Source: a bacterium
Lineage (GTDB): Bacteria > Actinomycetota > Acidimicrobiia > Spongiisociales > UBA11373
Reading direction: 5' to 3'
DNA length: 45,020 nucleotides
Assembly: GCA_013202595.1 (NCBI GenBank)
Contig: JABMPV010000229.1
Coordinates: 1 to 45,020 of the forward strand
The translations under genes were made by a program, and so were the position numbers. A model generated the notes under the pieces. That model searched no databases, had not been told where the DNA came from, and saw nothing but the letters and a program-made list of their open reading frames with translations. Of this stretch, positions 7,274 through 15,180 are shown one piece after another. Positions within the stretch are counted from its first letter, which is position 1. Each line of letters starts with the position of its first letter.

Positions 7274-7667
7274 CGACCGTGGCTCGGCCGCTCCCCTGGC
7301 AGCAGCCCTCCTCCTCGGCGGGGCGATCATCGTCATGCTCGCCGTCCAAATCGGCCTGGCGTCGGGGTCATGGCAGGAAGCCGACGCGGCGGCGGCTGCG
7401 GGAGCGGACGCGGGTGCCGCCAGGATCGATGCAGCCGCAGCACGGGACGGCTCCCTTCAACTCGATGGCGAAGCAGCAGAACTCGCCGCGATACAGGCCG
7501 CTCTCGCCTACAGGCCCAGACCGGGGCGGACCGTGCGGGTGAACGTCGCAGCCGGGCGGATCTGCGTCACCGTTCGCCAGAGTGCGGACCCGGGCCTCCT
7601 GTCATCGGTCGGGGCTCGCCCGATCAATGTCTCCGCGCGAGAGTGCGCTCGCCCCCACCAGGGCTGA
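7266..7667 (+). CDS. TadE-like protein 3 (Actinobacteria Rv3654c-type)
   Basis: GTG start overlaps the upstream gene by 8 nt. N-terminus is DDRGSAAPLAAALLLGGAIIVMLAVQIG, followed by an Ala-rich AADAGAARIDAAAARD segment typical of the actinobacterial TadE-like family. Confidence 0.7.
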   Translation: MADDRGSAAPLAAALLLGGAIIVMLAVQIGLASGSWQEADAAAAAGADAGAARIDAAAARDGSLQLDGEAAELAAIQAALAYRPRPGRTVRVNVAAGRICVTVRQSADPGLLSSVGARPINVSARECARPHQG

Positions 7668-7698
7668 TCCCCGCAAACCAGGGTCCGCCACCCATAGA

Positions 7699-8160
7699 AT
7701 GTCCCGGATGTCCGACGACAAGGCGGTCGCCTCGACCCATCATCCCAACGGCCTGGCCGTTCTCTGGGCCGTGATCGCCTACCCCATCGCAGCGCTCTTA
7801 TGGGCGGTGGCCGCAGCCATCATCGTGACATCCAACAATGCGACCAGCTTCGGCGAGGCCTTCGACTGGTTCGGGTGGGGGACCGTCTCGACGTCGGTGG
7901 TCTCGGTCGCATTCGCCGTGCTCGCAGTGCCCATCCTCATGGCCGAGTTGCTGGTCTGGCGTCAGATAGTGGCCCGGTTCCCGTATTTCGAACGGGACCG
8001 CATGACAGTGGCCCAGGCATGTGCCTTGCTGGCATTGCCCTGGATGGTCTTCAACCCGCTCCCCTGGGGTACGGCCATCACCTTCGGTGCGGCCTTCCTG
8101 GGTCTGGTGATCGCCCGCCTGAGCATCCCGCGCCTCGCGCCCGGCAGCCTCCGACCCTGA
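7699..8160 (+). CDS. hypothetical polytopic membrane protein (about 4 TM), 31 nt downstream of the Tad operon
   Basis: I trimmed track ORF 7582..8160 to ATG 7699 (ATG 7708 is an alternative). Hydrophobic segments: LAVLWAVIAYPIAALLWAVAAAIIV, VVSVAFAVLAVPILMAELLVW, ACALLALPWMVF, AITFGAAFLGLVIA. I recognise no family. Confidence 0.6.
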   Translation: MSRMSDDKAVASTHHPNGLAVLWAVIAYPIAALLWAVAAAIIVTSNNATSFGEAFDWFGWGTVSTSVVSVAFAVLAVPILMAELLVWRQIVARFPYFERDRMTVAQACALLALPWMVFNPLPWGTAITFGAAFLGLVIARLSIPRLAPGSLRP

Positions 8161-8171
8161 CTCGAACGCCG

Positions 8172-10094
8172 CTACGACAGCGCGATCCAGGCGAAACCGT
8201 ACGACCCCAGAACGAAGTCCTTCTTCGGGTCCACTGCCCGCCCCGTGACCAGGTCACGAGCAGAGGCGGCATTCAGCCAGGGGATCTGATCTGACTCGAT
8301 GGTGGTCGGCGTGGAGACGAAGCTGCCCAGGATCAGAATGCGACGCTCCCCCACCGATTTGACCACGGCAAATACATGGGGGTTGCCGACATCGAGTACC
8401 ACTGTGCTCGAGCCGGCACTGAAGGCGGGCTCACGGGTTCGGATGGCCGTCAACGCCTGCAGGCCGCCGTGGATTCGACCCGGGATCGAACCCGCGTCGT
8501 GGCGCTGGTCGGCTCTGGCCCAATCGAACACCGGCCTGTGCACCCAGCGGCTGTCGGCTGCGTGATCGGGATCGTCGAGGTAGGTGTAGTCGTTGAGGGT
8601 CCCGATCTCGTCGCCGAGAAAGATCAGCGGGATTCCTCCCATGGCCAGCACGATCGAATGGATCAGGAGGATCCTGCCGACGGCGGCGTCGACGGCCGAC
8701 GGATCGTGTGCTTCGAGTGCTCTCTCGAGCCCGCAGAGGGAGGCCGTGGTCCCCGAGATCCTCATGTCGAGCGTCTCGGGATTGAACTGGAAGGGCAAGC
8801 CCGAGGCGAATGACCCCGGCTCCTCTCCCGTGTAGAACCGGTTGAGATACTGGCGGTGGTAGAAGCCGTGGATGCCGAGATCGTCCGCATCCTCGTCGGC
8901 AAAGCCCCAGCCGATGTCGTCGTGGCCTCTCACATAGTTGACCCATGCAGTGCCGTCGGGATTCCGGGTGAACCTCCGGTCCATCGAATGCCTGAGCAGT
9001 GCCGTGTACCCCGTCGCCAGGGCCTCCCACAGCTCCACCATCAGCAGGGGGTTGTACGAGATCTCGCACTCGCGGCCATCCCCGTCTCCCGTCCCCAAAT
9101 ACGAGAGGACGTCGTCGGGGTGGACGATCGCCTCGGACTTGAAGACCATGGCCGGTGCAGCCAACCGCACGAGAGCGTTGAACGCCCGGATGATGGTGTG
9201 GGCCTCGGGGAGGTTCTCCGAAGGGGTGCCCTCCTGCTTCCAGATGAACGGCACGGCATCGAGGCGGAGCACTTCGGCGCCGACGTTCGCGAGGAACAGC
9301 ATCTCCCCCAGCATGTGGCGGAACACCGCGGGATTCGAGTAGTCCAGATCCCACTGGTAGGAGTGGAACGTTGTCCAGACCCAGTCGCCGTCCACCTCGG
9401 TGAACGACCCCCGCCTGACGTCGGGAAAGATCTCGCGGAGCGTCTTCTCGTACCTGTCGGGCATCTCCCTGTCGGGGAACATGAAGTAGAAGTCTCTGTA
9501 GACCTCGTCGCCCTCCCGCGCGGCCACCGCCCACTGGTGATCGTCCGCCGTGTGGTTGAAGACCAGGTCGAGCACGAGGCTGATGCCGCGAGCACGGAGA
9601 TCCCGGGCCAGGACCTCGAGGTCACGCATCGTGCCGAGATGGGGAGCCACCTCCCGATAGGACGACACGGCGTATCCGCCATCCCCCCCACCAGGCGGGG
9701 TCCGGTACAGCGGCATCAAATGGAGGTAGGTGAGGCCCAGCTCCTCGAAATACGAGATCCTCTGGCAGACCCCGTCGATGGTGCCCGCAAAGCGGTCGAC
9801 GTAGCAGACGCCTCCCATCATGCGATGACTGCGGAACCACCCCGGTTCGCCCGACCTCGCCGCATCGAGCGCCTTCAGGTCGGCCGGTCTCGCAGCGAAC
9901 GCAACGGCGGCAGTCTCGACGATGGCCGCAAAGCTCTGATCGAAATCGTCCCTGGCGCCGTATAGATCCTCGAGCAAGCCCCTCAGATCGGGAAGGTGCC
10001 GTTCGAGACGGGCACGAAACACCGCCGCATCGGCGGGGTCGAGGGGGTCGACGACAGGGCCAACGACGGCCTCGACGACCTGATCGAGGCTCAC
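8172..10094 (-). CDS. amylosucrase (GH13 alpha-amylase family sucrose glucosyltransferase)
   Basis: Long blocks match my recollection of the Neisseria polysaccharea enzyme: LVLDLVFNHTADDHQW, FPDREMPDRYEKTLREIFPD, WVWTTFHSYQWDLDYSNPAVFRHMLGEMLFLANVGAEVLRLDAVPFIWKQEGTPSENLPEAHTIIRAFNALVRLAAPAMVFKSEAIVHPDDV. The preferred start is GTG at 10094, which overlaps the lacI-family stop (GTGA). The longest ORF extends to 10145. Confidence 0.9.
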   Translation of the reverse strand: MSLDQVVEAVVGPVVDPLDPADAAVFRARLERHLPDLRGLLEDLYGARDDFDQSFAAIVETAAVAFAARPADLKALDAARSGEPGWFRSHRMMGGVCYVDRFAGTIDGVCQRISYFEELGLTYLHLMPLYRTPPGGGDGGYAVSSYREVAPHLGTMRDLEVLARDLRARGISLVLDLVFNHTADDHQWAVAAREGDEVYRDFYFMFPDREMPDRYEKTLREIFPDVRRGSFTEVDGDWVWTTFHSYQWDLDYSNPAVFRHMLGEMLFLANVGAEVLRLDAVPFIWKQEGTPSENLPEAHTIIRAFNALVRLAAPAMVFKSEAIVHPDDVLSYLGTGDGDGRECEISYNPLLMVELWEALATGYTALLRHSMDRRFTRNPDGTAWVNYVRGHDDIGWGFADEDADDLGIHGFYHRQYLNRFYTGEEPGSFASGLPFQFNPETLDMRISGTTASLCGLERALEAHDPSAVDAAVGRILLIHSIVLAMGGIPLIFLGDEIGTLNDYTYLDDPDHAADSRWVHRPVFDWARADQRHDAGSIPGRIHGGLQALTAIRTREPAFSAGSSTVVLDVGNPHVFAVVKSVGERRILILGSFVSTPTTIESDQIPWLNAASARDLVTGRAVDPKKDFVLGSYGFAWIALS

Positions 10095-11095
10095 CGGTGC
10101 GGGCCCGTCGTCGATCTCTCGACGAGTTCGAGCGGCAGGTCCCATTCCGCCGTCGTATCGACATCGTCGCCGGCCAGCATCGCCAGAGCCAGCTCTGCGC
10201 TCCGCGAGCCCGACTCGAACAAGGGTTGCCGGACTGTGGTCAGCCCGATGTGGGCCGACATCGCGATGTCATCGAATCCGACGACCGACAGGTCCCCTGG
10301 AACCCGAACGCCGCGGGCCCTGGCCGCCTCGATCGCTCCGTAGGCGATGAGATCGGAGGTGGCGAAGATCGCGGTCGGAGGGTCCGGTAGGGCGAGCAAC
10401 TCGCCCATCGCCGTCGCCGCATCCTCCATCCCGTGGGCAACGCGCCGCACATACCCTCCGGGAACGGCAAGACCGGAGGCGGCGATCTCCTCGCAGAATC
10501 CCGCAAAGCGGTCATCGCCTGAGGTGAAACCGAAACGCTCATCCGGCCGGTCGCCGATGAATCCGATGTGCCTGTGCCCCAACTCGAGGAGATGGCGGGC
10601 GGCCAGCCTGCCCCCCTCATGGTCATCGATGGTGAGGCAGGGCACTCCATCGATCCTCCTGTCCACCCAGACCAGGGGGACCTTCGACGATTCGCGTTTC
10701 TGTGCGATGGCGCCCGACGCAGCCAGCGACATCACGATGACCGCTGCCGATCGTCCGCCATAGATTGCGTCGTCGAGTCGTGCAGCATGCTGCTCGGGGG
10801 CCTCGACGTCGTAGAGGACCAGGTCGTACTCGCTCTCGCGGACCACCGAGGCGACGCCACGCAATCTCAGGACGACCGAGGGGTCGGTGAGGAACGGGGC
10901 GACGACCGTGATGATGCTCGAATGGCCGAGGGACAAGGCCCTGGCCACCGTGCTGGGGCGATACCCGATCTCATCGATGACGGCCTGCACCCTGGCGCGG
11001 GTGGTGTCGCTGACGAGCGGACTGTTGTTGATCACCCTGGAGACCGTGCCGACACCGACACCGGCCCGGCGGGCAACGTCCTGAATGGTGGCCAC
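10091..11095 (-). CDS. LacI-family transcriptional regulator
   Basis: N-terminal HTH MATIQDVARRAGVGVGTVSRVINNSPLVSDTTRARVQAVIDEIGYRPSTVARALS, followed by a periplasmic-binding-protein-like sugar-binding fold. Confidence 0.93.
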   Translation of the reverse strand: MATIQDVARRAGVGVGTVSRVINNSPLVSDTTRARVQAVIDEIGYRPSTVARALSLGHSSIITVVAPFLTDPSVVLRLRGVASVVRESEYDLVLYDVEAPEQHAARLDDAIYGGRSAAVIVMSLAASGAIAQKRESSKVPLVWVDRRIDGVPCLTIDDHEGGRLAARHLLELGHRHIGFIGDRPDERFGFTSGDDRFAGFCEEIAASGLAVPGGYVRRVAHGMEDAATAMGELLALPDPPTAIFATSDLIAYGAIEAARARGVRVPGDLSVVGFDDIAMSAHIGLTTVRQPLFESGSRSAELALAMLAGDDVDTTAEWDLPLELVERSTTGPHR

Positions 11096-11130
11096 GGCGA
11101 TTGCCTCCCGATCTGTCGCTCGCGCCGGTA

Positions 11131-11144
11131 TGGAAGCGATTCCA
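11131..11144. promoter_or_regulatory. candidate LacI-type operator TGGAAGCGATTCCA
   Basis: 14-bp site with perfect 5-bp arms (TGGAA/TTCCA) around a central CG-containing core. It lies 36 nt upstream of the lacI-family start and resembles the generic TGnAAnCGnTTnCA operator form of this family. Confidence 0.35.
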
Positions 11145-11193
11145 CCCTAGCGCCGCCCCGGAGCGATCCGACCACTCCCGGTACCCTCTGCCG

Positions 11194-12285
11194 ATGACCG
11201 GCGGCCTCGACCCAGTGTCCCCTGAGGACCTTCCCGCCAGGTTCCTGGCCTGGAGCAGGCACGTCGGCGGCGAGGCACCCATGTACGACACTCTGTGCCG
11301 TCGGGTGGCCGGGGACGGAGAGATCCTGGCCCTCCTGGCCGACGTTCCAGCGACCCAGCCGACCGCCAACGTGCTGTTCGCCGCGGTCCACTACCTGCTG
11401 CTCGGAGGCGCGGTGTCGCCGCTGGCCGGGCACTACCCCACCGTGACAGGCTCCGTGGTGACTCCCGACGGCGATCCCTGGCCGCTGTTCAAGGCGTTCT
11501 GCCTCGAACACGCTCCCGAGATCCGGCATCTGACAGCCACCCGGACCGTCCAGACCAACGAGGTCCGCAGATCTGCCATGTTGATGCCGGCCATCGCAAC
11601 GGCGAGCGCAGGACGGCCGATCGCCCTGGTCGAACTGGGCGCCGCCGCCGGGCTCAACCTCAGATTCGACCGATACCGCTATCGCTATGCCGGTGTGGGT
11701 GCGGGTGACACCGGTGATCAGCGATCCCCGCTGCTCCTGAGGACGACACCACGGGGGTCGCTGATGCCACCGATCCCCCAGAAGGTCCCCGACGTCCGGT
11801 GGCGCCGCGGCATCGACCTCCACCCCATCGACGCCGCCGATCCCGACGGCGTCCGCTGGGCGGCTGCGCTGCTGTGGCCAAACCAGGTGGAACGCCTCGA
11901 ACGTCTTCGCACGGCAATGGGGATCGCCAGAGCCGTTCCCGTCGACATCGTCGAGGGAGATGCCGTCACCCTTGCAGCGGTGAACGCAGCCGATGCCCCC
12001 GGTGACCTCCACCTGATCGTGATGCACTCGTTCATGCTGAATCAGATCGACGCACAAGGACGGGAGTCACTCGACCAGGCCCTCGCCCGCCTGTCGAGGG
12101 TCCGCGCCGTCGATCGGCTGTCGATGGAGTGGCTGCGCCCCGATGAGGGCCCGATGCTGCGGATGACCCGATATCGGGACGGCGAGGCAGTCACCGTCAC
12201 CCTGGCGGCGGTTCACCACCATGGTGAGTGGATCGAGTGGCTCGATCAATCATCGGGGAACCCGCTCACCACGTCCATCACCTGA
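11194..12285 (+). CDS. DUF2332-family protein
   Basis: I trimmed track ORF 11101..12285 to ATG 11194. FLAWSRHVGGEAPMYDTLCRRVAGDGEILALLADVPATQPTANVLFAAVHYLLLGG matches my recollection of the DUF2332 N-terminal signature. Confidence 0.7.
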   Translation: MTGGLDPVSPEDLPARFLAWSRHVGGEAPMYDTLCRRVAGDGEILALLADVPATQPTANVLFAAVHYLLLGGAVSPLAGHYPTVTGSVVTPDGDPWPLFKAFCLEHAPEIRHLTATRTVQTNEVRRSAMLMPAIATASAGRPIALVELGAAAGLNLRFDRYRYRYAGVGAGDTGDQRSPLLLRTTPRGSLMPPIPQKVPDVRWRRGIDLHPIDAADPDGVRWAAALLWPNQVERLERLRTAMGIARAVPVDIVEGDAVTLAAVNAADAPGDLHLIVMHSFMLNQIDAQGRESLDQALARLSRVRAVDRLSMEWLRPDEGPMLRMTRYRDGEAVTVTLAAVHHHGEWIEWLDQSSGNPLTTSIT

Positions 12286-12812
12286 TCCATCGTCGGATAG
12301 TCGCCGATGAATCTGCCCCGGTGCGCCCACAGCACCTCACAGTCGCGATCGATGACGATCACAGCAGGCAACTCCCACCAGCCTCCGGTGATGATGCCCT
12401 GACGCGCCGAACCGAGCGCCCGCAGCCATCGCCACCACCCTCTGACATCGAACAGAAACCGAAGGAGAGACTGGCGCCGCATTCCGATCGCCGCGCCGAC
12501 GAGGTGTTCTGGGTCCAGCAGCAGCGGGAAATCGATCCCGCGCTCGAGCAGGCCGCGGGCCTGATACGCCGCATGCGGGCCGATCCCGATCCGACCGGCG
12601 CCCAATCTGGCGAACTCCCCGGCTCGATCTGTCATCTCACCGATGAACTCCCGGCAGGGGGCACATCCGAAGTAGCGCACCAGGTCGATGACGGTCACCC
12701 GGTCGACCAGATCGCCCAGCCGCACCGGGGTGCCGCCGGGGTCGGCCACGGTGATATCGGAGAGATCGTGCACCCGGGCACCGTACCTGCCGGGAATGCC
12801 GCTGCAGGGCAA
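12246..12812 (-). CDS. thioredoxin-fold AhpC/TSA-like (peroxiredoxin-like) protein
   Basis: 188 aa with CxxC (YFGCAPCREF) in a redoxin context (VTVIDLVRYFGCAPC ... GIDFPLLLDPE ... LPAVIVIDRDCEVLWAHRG). Its 3' end overlaps the convergent DUF2332 gene by 40 nt. Confidence 0.75.
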   Translation of the reverse strand: MPCSGIPGRYGARVHDLSDITVADPGGTPVRLGDLVDRVTVIDLVRYFGCAPCREFIGEMTDRAGEFARLGAGRIGIGPHAAYQARGLLERGIDFPLLLDPEHLVGAAIGMRRQSLLRFLFDVRGWWRWLRALGSARQGIITGGWWELPAVIVIDRDCEVLWAHRGRFIGDYPTMDQVMDVVSGFPDD

Positions 12813-12863
12813 CCGGTTGGCAGACCCGTGGACGGACCCAACCCCTTCGCCGCTCTCTGGTCG

Positions 12864-13610
12864 ATGCTGAGATCACGGAATCTCGATCCGCCGCGCCCCG
12901 GAGGCTCGCAGACCGTCGATCACTCGGGTCTGACGCCGGTCCTGAAAGCCCTCGCCAATGGCGGCATCGCCCGTCTGGCGGCTCTCGCTCCCGACCTCGA
13001 CGCGTACGTGACCCACCTCGGCTCGGTCGATCCCGATCGTCTCTCTGCACCGGAGGCCAAGGCGTTCTGGATCAACCTGTACAACGCGCTCGCTCTGGAT
13101 CTGGCCCGGCGAGCCGCAGCAGGCGGGGCCGGAACCGTCCTGCGCATGCCCGGCGCGTTCAGCCGCACCGCAATCGAAGTCGAGGGCGAGAAGCTCTCAC
13201 TCGACGGTATCGAGCACGGCAAGATCCGCCGATTCGGCGACCCGCGGATCCACTCCGCCCTCGTGTGTGGATCTCTGTCGTGCCCGACCCTCCGCTTCGA
13301 GCCATTCGACGCCAGGGTCGACGAGCAACTCGACGAGCAGATGCGGTCGTTCCTGGCATCAGGTGCAGCCGTCGAGGATCGCGCCGGCCAGAGCCTTCAT
13401 CTGTCCCGGGTGTTCCTCTGGTACGGAGCCGACTTCGTCAAGCCGCACAGGATGCCGACACTGGTGCCGGCCCGACGGGGACTGGTGGCACGAGCGATAG
13501 CCGAGTGGCTTCCGCCCGACACGAGGGCGTGGATCCGCGAAGAGTTGCCGTCAGTCCGATTCCAGCCCTACGACTGGGCGCTGGGCTGTGCGGTTCGACC
13601 GCCGTCCTGA
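12864..13610 (+). CDS. DUF547 domain protein
   Basis: I trimmed track ORF 12228..13610 to ATG 12864. KAFWINLYNALALD, LSLDGIEHGKIRRFGDPRIHSALVCGSLSCPTL and FLWYGADF are characteristic DUF547 blocks. Confidence 0.8.
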   Translation: MLRSRNLDPPRPGGSQTVDHSGLTPVLKALANGGIARLAALAPDLDAYVTHLGSVDPDRLSAPEAKAFWINLYNALALDLARRAAAGGAGTVLRMPGAFSRTAIEVEGEKLSLDGIEHGKIRRFGDPRIHSALVCGSLSCPTLRFEPFDARVDEQLDEQMRSFLASGAAVEDRAGQSLHLSRVFLWYGADFVKPHRMPTLVPARRGLVARAIAEWLPPDTRAWIREELPSVRFQPYDWALGCAVRPPS

Positions 13611-14230
13611 TCCGGGTCCGGATCGACCGATCGCACGCCGGTCGAGAACACCGCGACGGCGATGACGGCTGCCATGAGGTCGAAGGGCAGCACGAGCCTC
13701 GCGATTTCCCCACCGTCTACGGCCCAGCCTCCGTCGGCAGCGAACCCGACGGCGTCCAGATACCTCCAGATCGACCACACGCAGACCGCGCCGATCATGA
13801 GCGCTCCGGCGAGGCCGGCAGTGCCTCCCCATCGCTTCCGAGCCCCGATGCCGATTGCGGCGACGACCCAGGCGATGTCGAGAGCCGACAGCACGGCGAG
13901 GAACTGCAGCGACGGGTCGAATCTCAGTGCGGCTGCTGTGGCGAGTGCGACCAGCCCCGTCGCCCCCGTCACCAGCACTACGGTCCACACTCCGCCCAGC
14001 GCCCACCGGCCTCTCGCCGACAGCCGCGTGCCGGTGAACCAGATCCGATCCGTGATCGGAGCCAGATGAGAAGTCAGTGCGATGATGAAGAGCGTGACCG
14101 CCACGAGATGGAGAGTGAACGGCAGCATCGGATCTTCCGTCGGCGGCGCAAAGAGCAGCGGAAGGGCTGCTGCCGCACCTGCTGACGCCCAGATCATGGT
14201 GCGGACGGCTGAGTGCTCGGCTGGAGTCAT
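13568..14230 (-). CDS. hypothetical integral membrane protein (about 6 TM)
   Basis: 220-aa ORF made of successive hydrophobic helices (LHLVAVTLFIIALTS, WTVVLVTGATGLVALATAAAL, FLAVLSALDIAWVVAAIGIGA, AGALMIGAVCVWSIW, LMAAVIAVAVF). It starts 9 nt after the methyltransferase stop. I recognise no family. Confidence 0.6.
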   Translation of the reverse strand: MTPAEHSAVRTMIWASAGAAAALPLLFAPPTEDPMLPFTLHLVAVTLFIIALTSHLAPITDRIWFTGTRLSARGRWALGGVWTVVLVTGATGLVALATAAALRFDPSLQFLAVLSALDIAWVVAAIGIGARKRWGGTAGLAGALMIGAVCVWSIWRYLDAVGFAADGGWAVDGGEIARLVLPFDLMAAVIAVAVFSTGVRSVDPDPDQDGGRTAQPSAQS

Positions 14231-14239
14231 ACGCCGAGG

Positions 14240-15112
14240 CTATCGCGAGACGAGCTCTGCCCTGGCCTGGTCGATCCGGGTCTCGGCGAGCTCCAGGTAG
14301 GACGCCTCGCTGTCGAAGCCGATGTAGTGCCTGCCCGATTGGACCGCCGCCACGGCGGTGGAGCCGGATCCGATGAAGGGATCGAGCACCAGATCCCCTT
14401 CGAAGGTATAGAGATCGATGAGCCTGCGAGGAAGATCCACAGGGAAGGGTGCCGGATGCCCGATCCGCTTGGCAGACACAGAAGGGATGTTCCACACCGA
14501 CAGCGTGGCCGCGAGGAACTCGTCGCGCTCAATGGTGTCGGCGCCGATCCGCTGGCGCCCGAACGAGCCCTTGGAGGCAACCAGCACGTACTCGTGGATA
14601 TCGCGCAGGGTCGGGTTCTTGGCCGACTGCCATGATCCCCAGGCGCACGATCCCCCTGCACCCTGAGCCTTCTGCCAGACGATCTCGCCGCGCAGGAGGA
14701 AGCCGATGTCCTCGAGCATCGCAGCGACCCTGTGATTGAGGGCGATGTAGGGCTTGCGGCCCAGGTTGGCGACGTTGACTGCCACCCGCCCACCGGGTTC
14801 GAGCACACGGAAGGTCTCAGCCAGTACCGAGTAGAGCAGATCCAGGTACTCGCCCATGCTGAGATCGCCGTCGTACTCCTTGCCGACGTTGTACGGCGGC
14901 GACGTGACCATCAAGGCCACGGTGTCATCGGGGATCACCGACATGTCCTCCGAAGACATGCAGTGGAGGGTGTCGAGGATCTCAGCCGGAGGCGTCCGGG
15001 GCTCTCCGAGCACAGGCACTTCTACCGGCCTCACCATGCGGCGCCGGTAGTACGCAGATGCGTCGTGACTCTCGCGTTTACCCGCGCCGAACGACGCGGT
15101 TTCCGTGGCCAC
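14240..15112 (-). CDS. beta-class DNA methyltransferase, SPPY type (predicted N4-cytosine; N6-adenine not excluded)
   Basis: Motif IV MVTSPPYNVGKEY precedes motif I LVLDPFIGSGSTAVAA, which is the beta permutation. HPAPFPVDLPRRLI is typical of the N4/N6 MTase family (PF01555-like). No nuclease gene is adjacent. Confidence 0.88.
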   Translation of the reverse strand: MATETASFGAGKRESHDASAYYRRRMVRPVEVPVLGEPRTPPAEILDTLHCMSSEDMSVIPDDTVALMVTSPPYNVGKEYDGDLSMGEYLDLLYSVLAETFRVLEPGGRVAVNVANLGRKPYIALNHRVAAMLEDIGFLLRGEIVWQKAQGAGGSCAWGSWQSAKNPTLRDIHEYVLVASKGSFGRQRIGADTIERDEFLAATLSVWNIPSVSAKRIGHPAPFPVDLPRRLIDLYTFEGDLVLDPFIGSGSTAVAAVQSGRHYIGFDSEASYLELAETRIDQARAELVSR

Positions 15113-15180
15113 GGTCCGTGGACCTCCCTCTACTCCGAGTCACCGTAGCCCCTGGGACCTGCGGGATCGCGGCAATCCGG

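Noticed and set aside
13568-14230. Tested whether the 220-aa neighbour of the DNA methyltransferase could be its restriction endonuclease.
   Set aside because: The protein is almost entirely hydrophobic helices with no PD-(D/E)xK, HNH or GIY-YIG-like motif visible. I therefore treat the methyltransferase as orphan.
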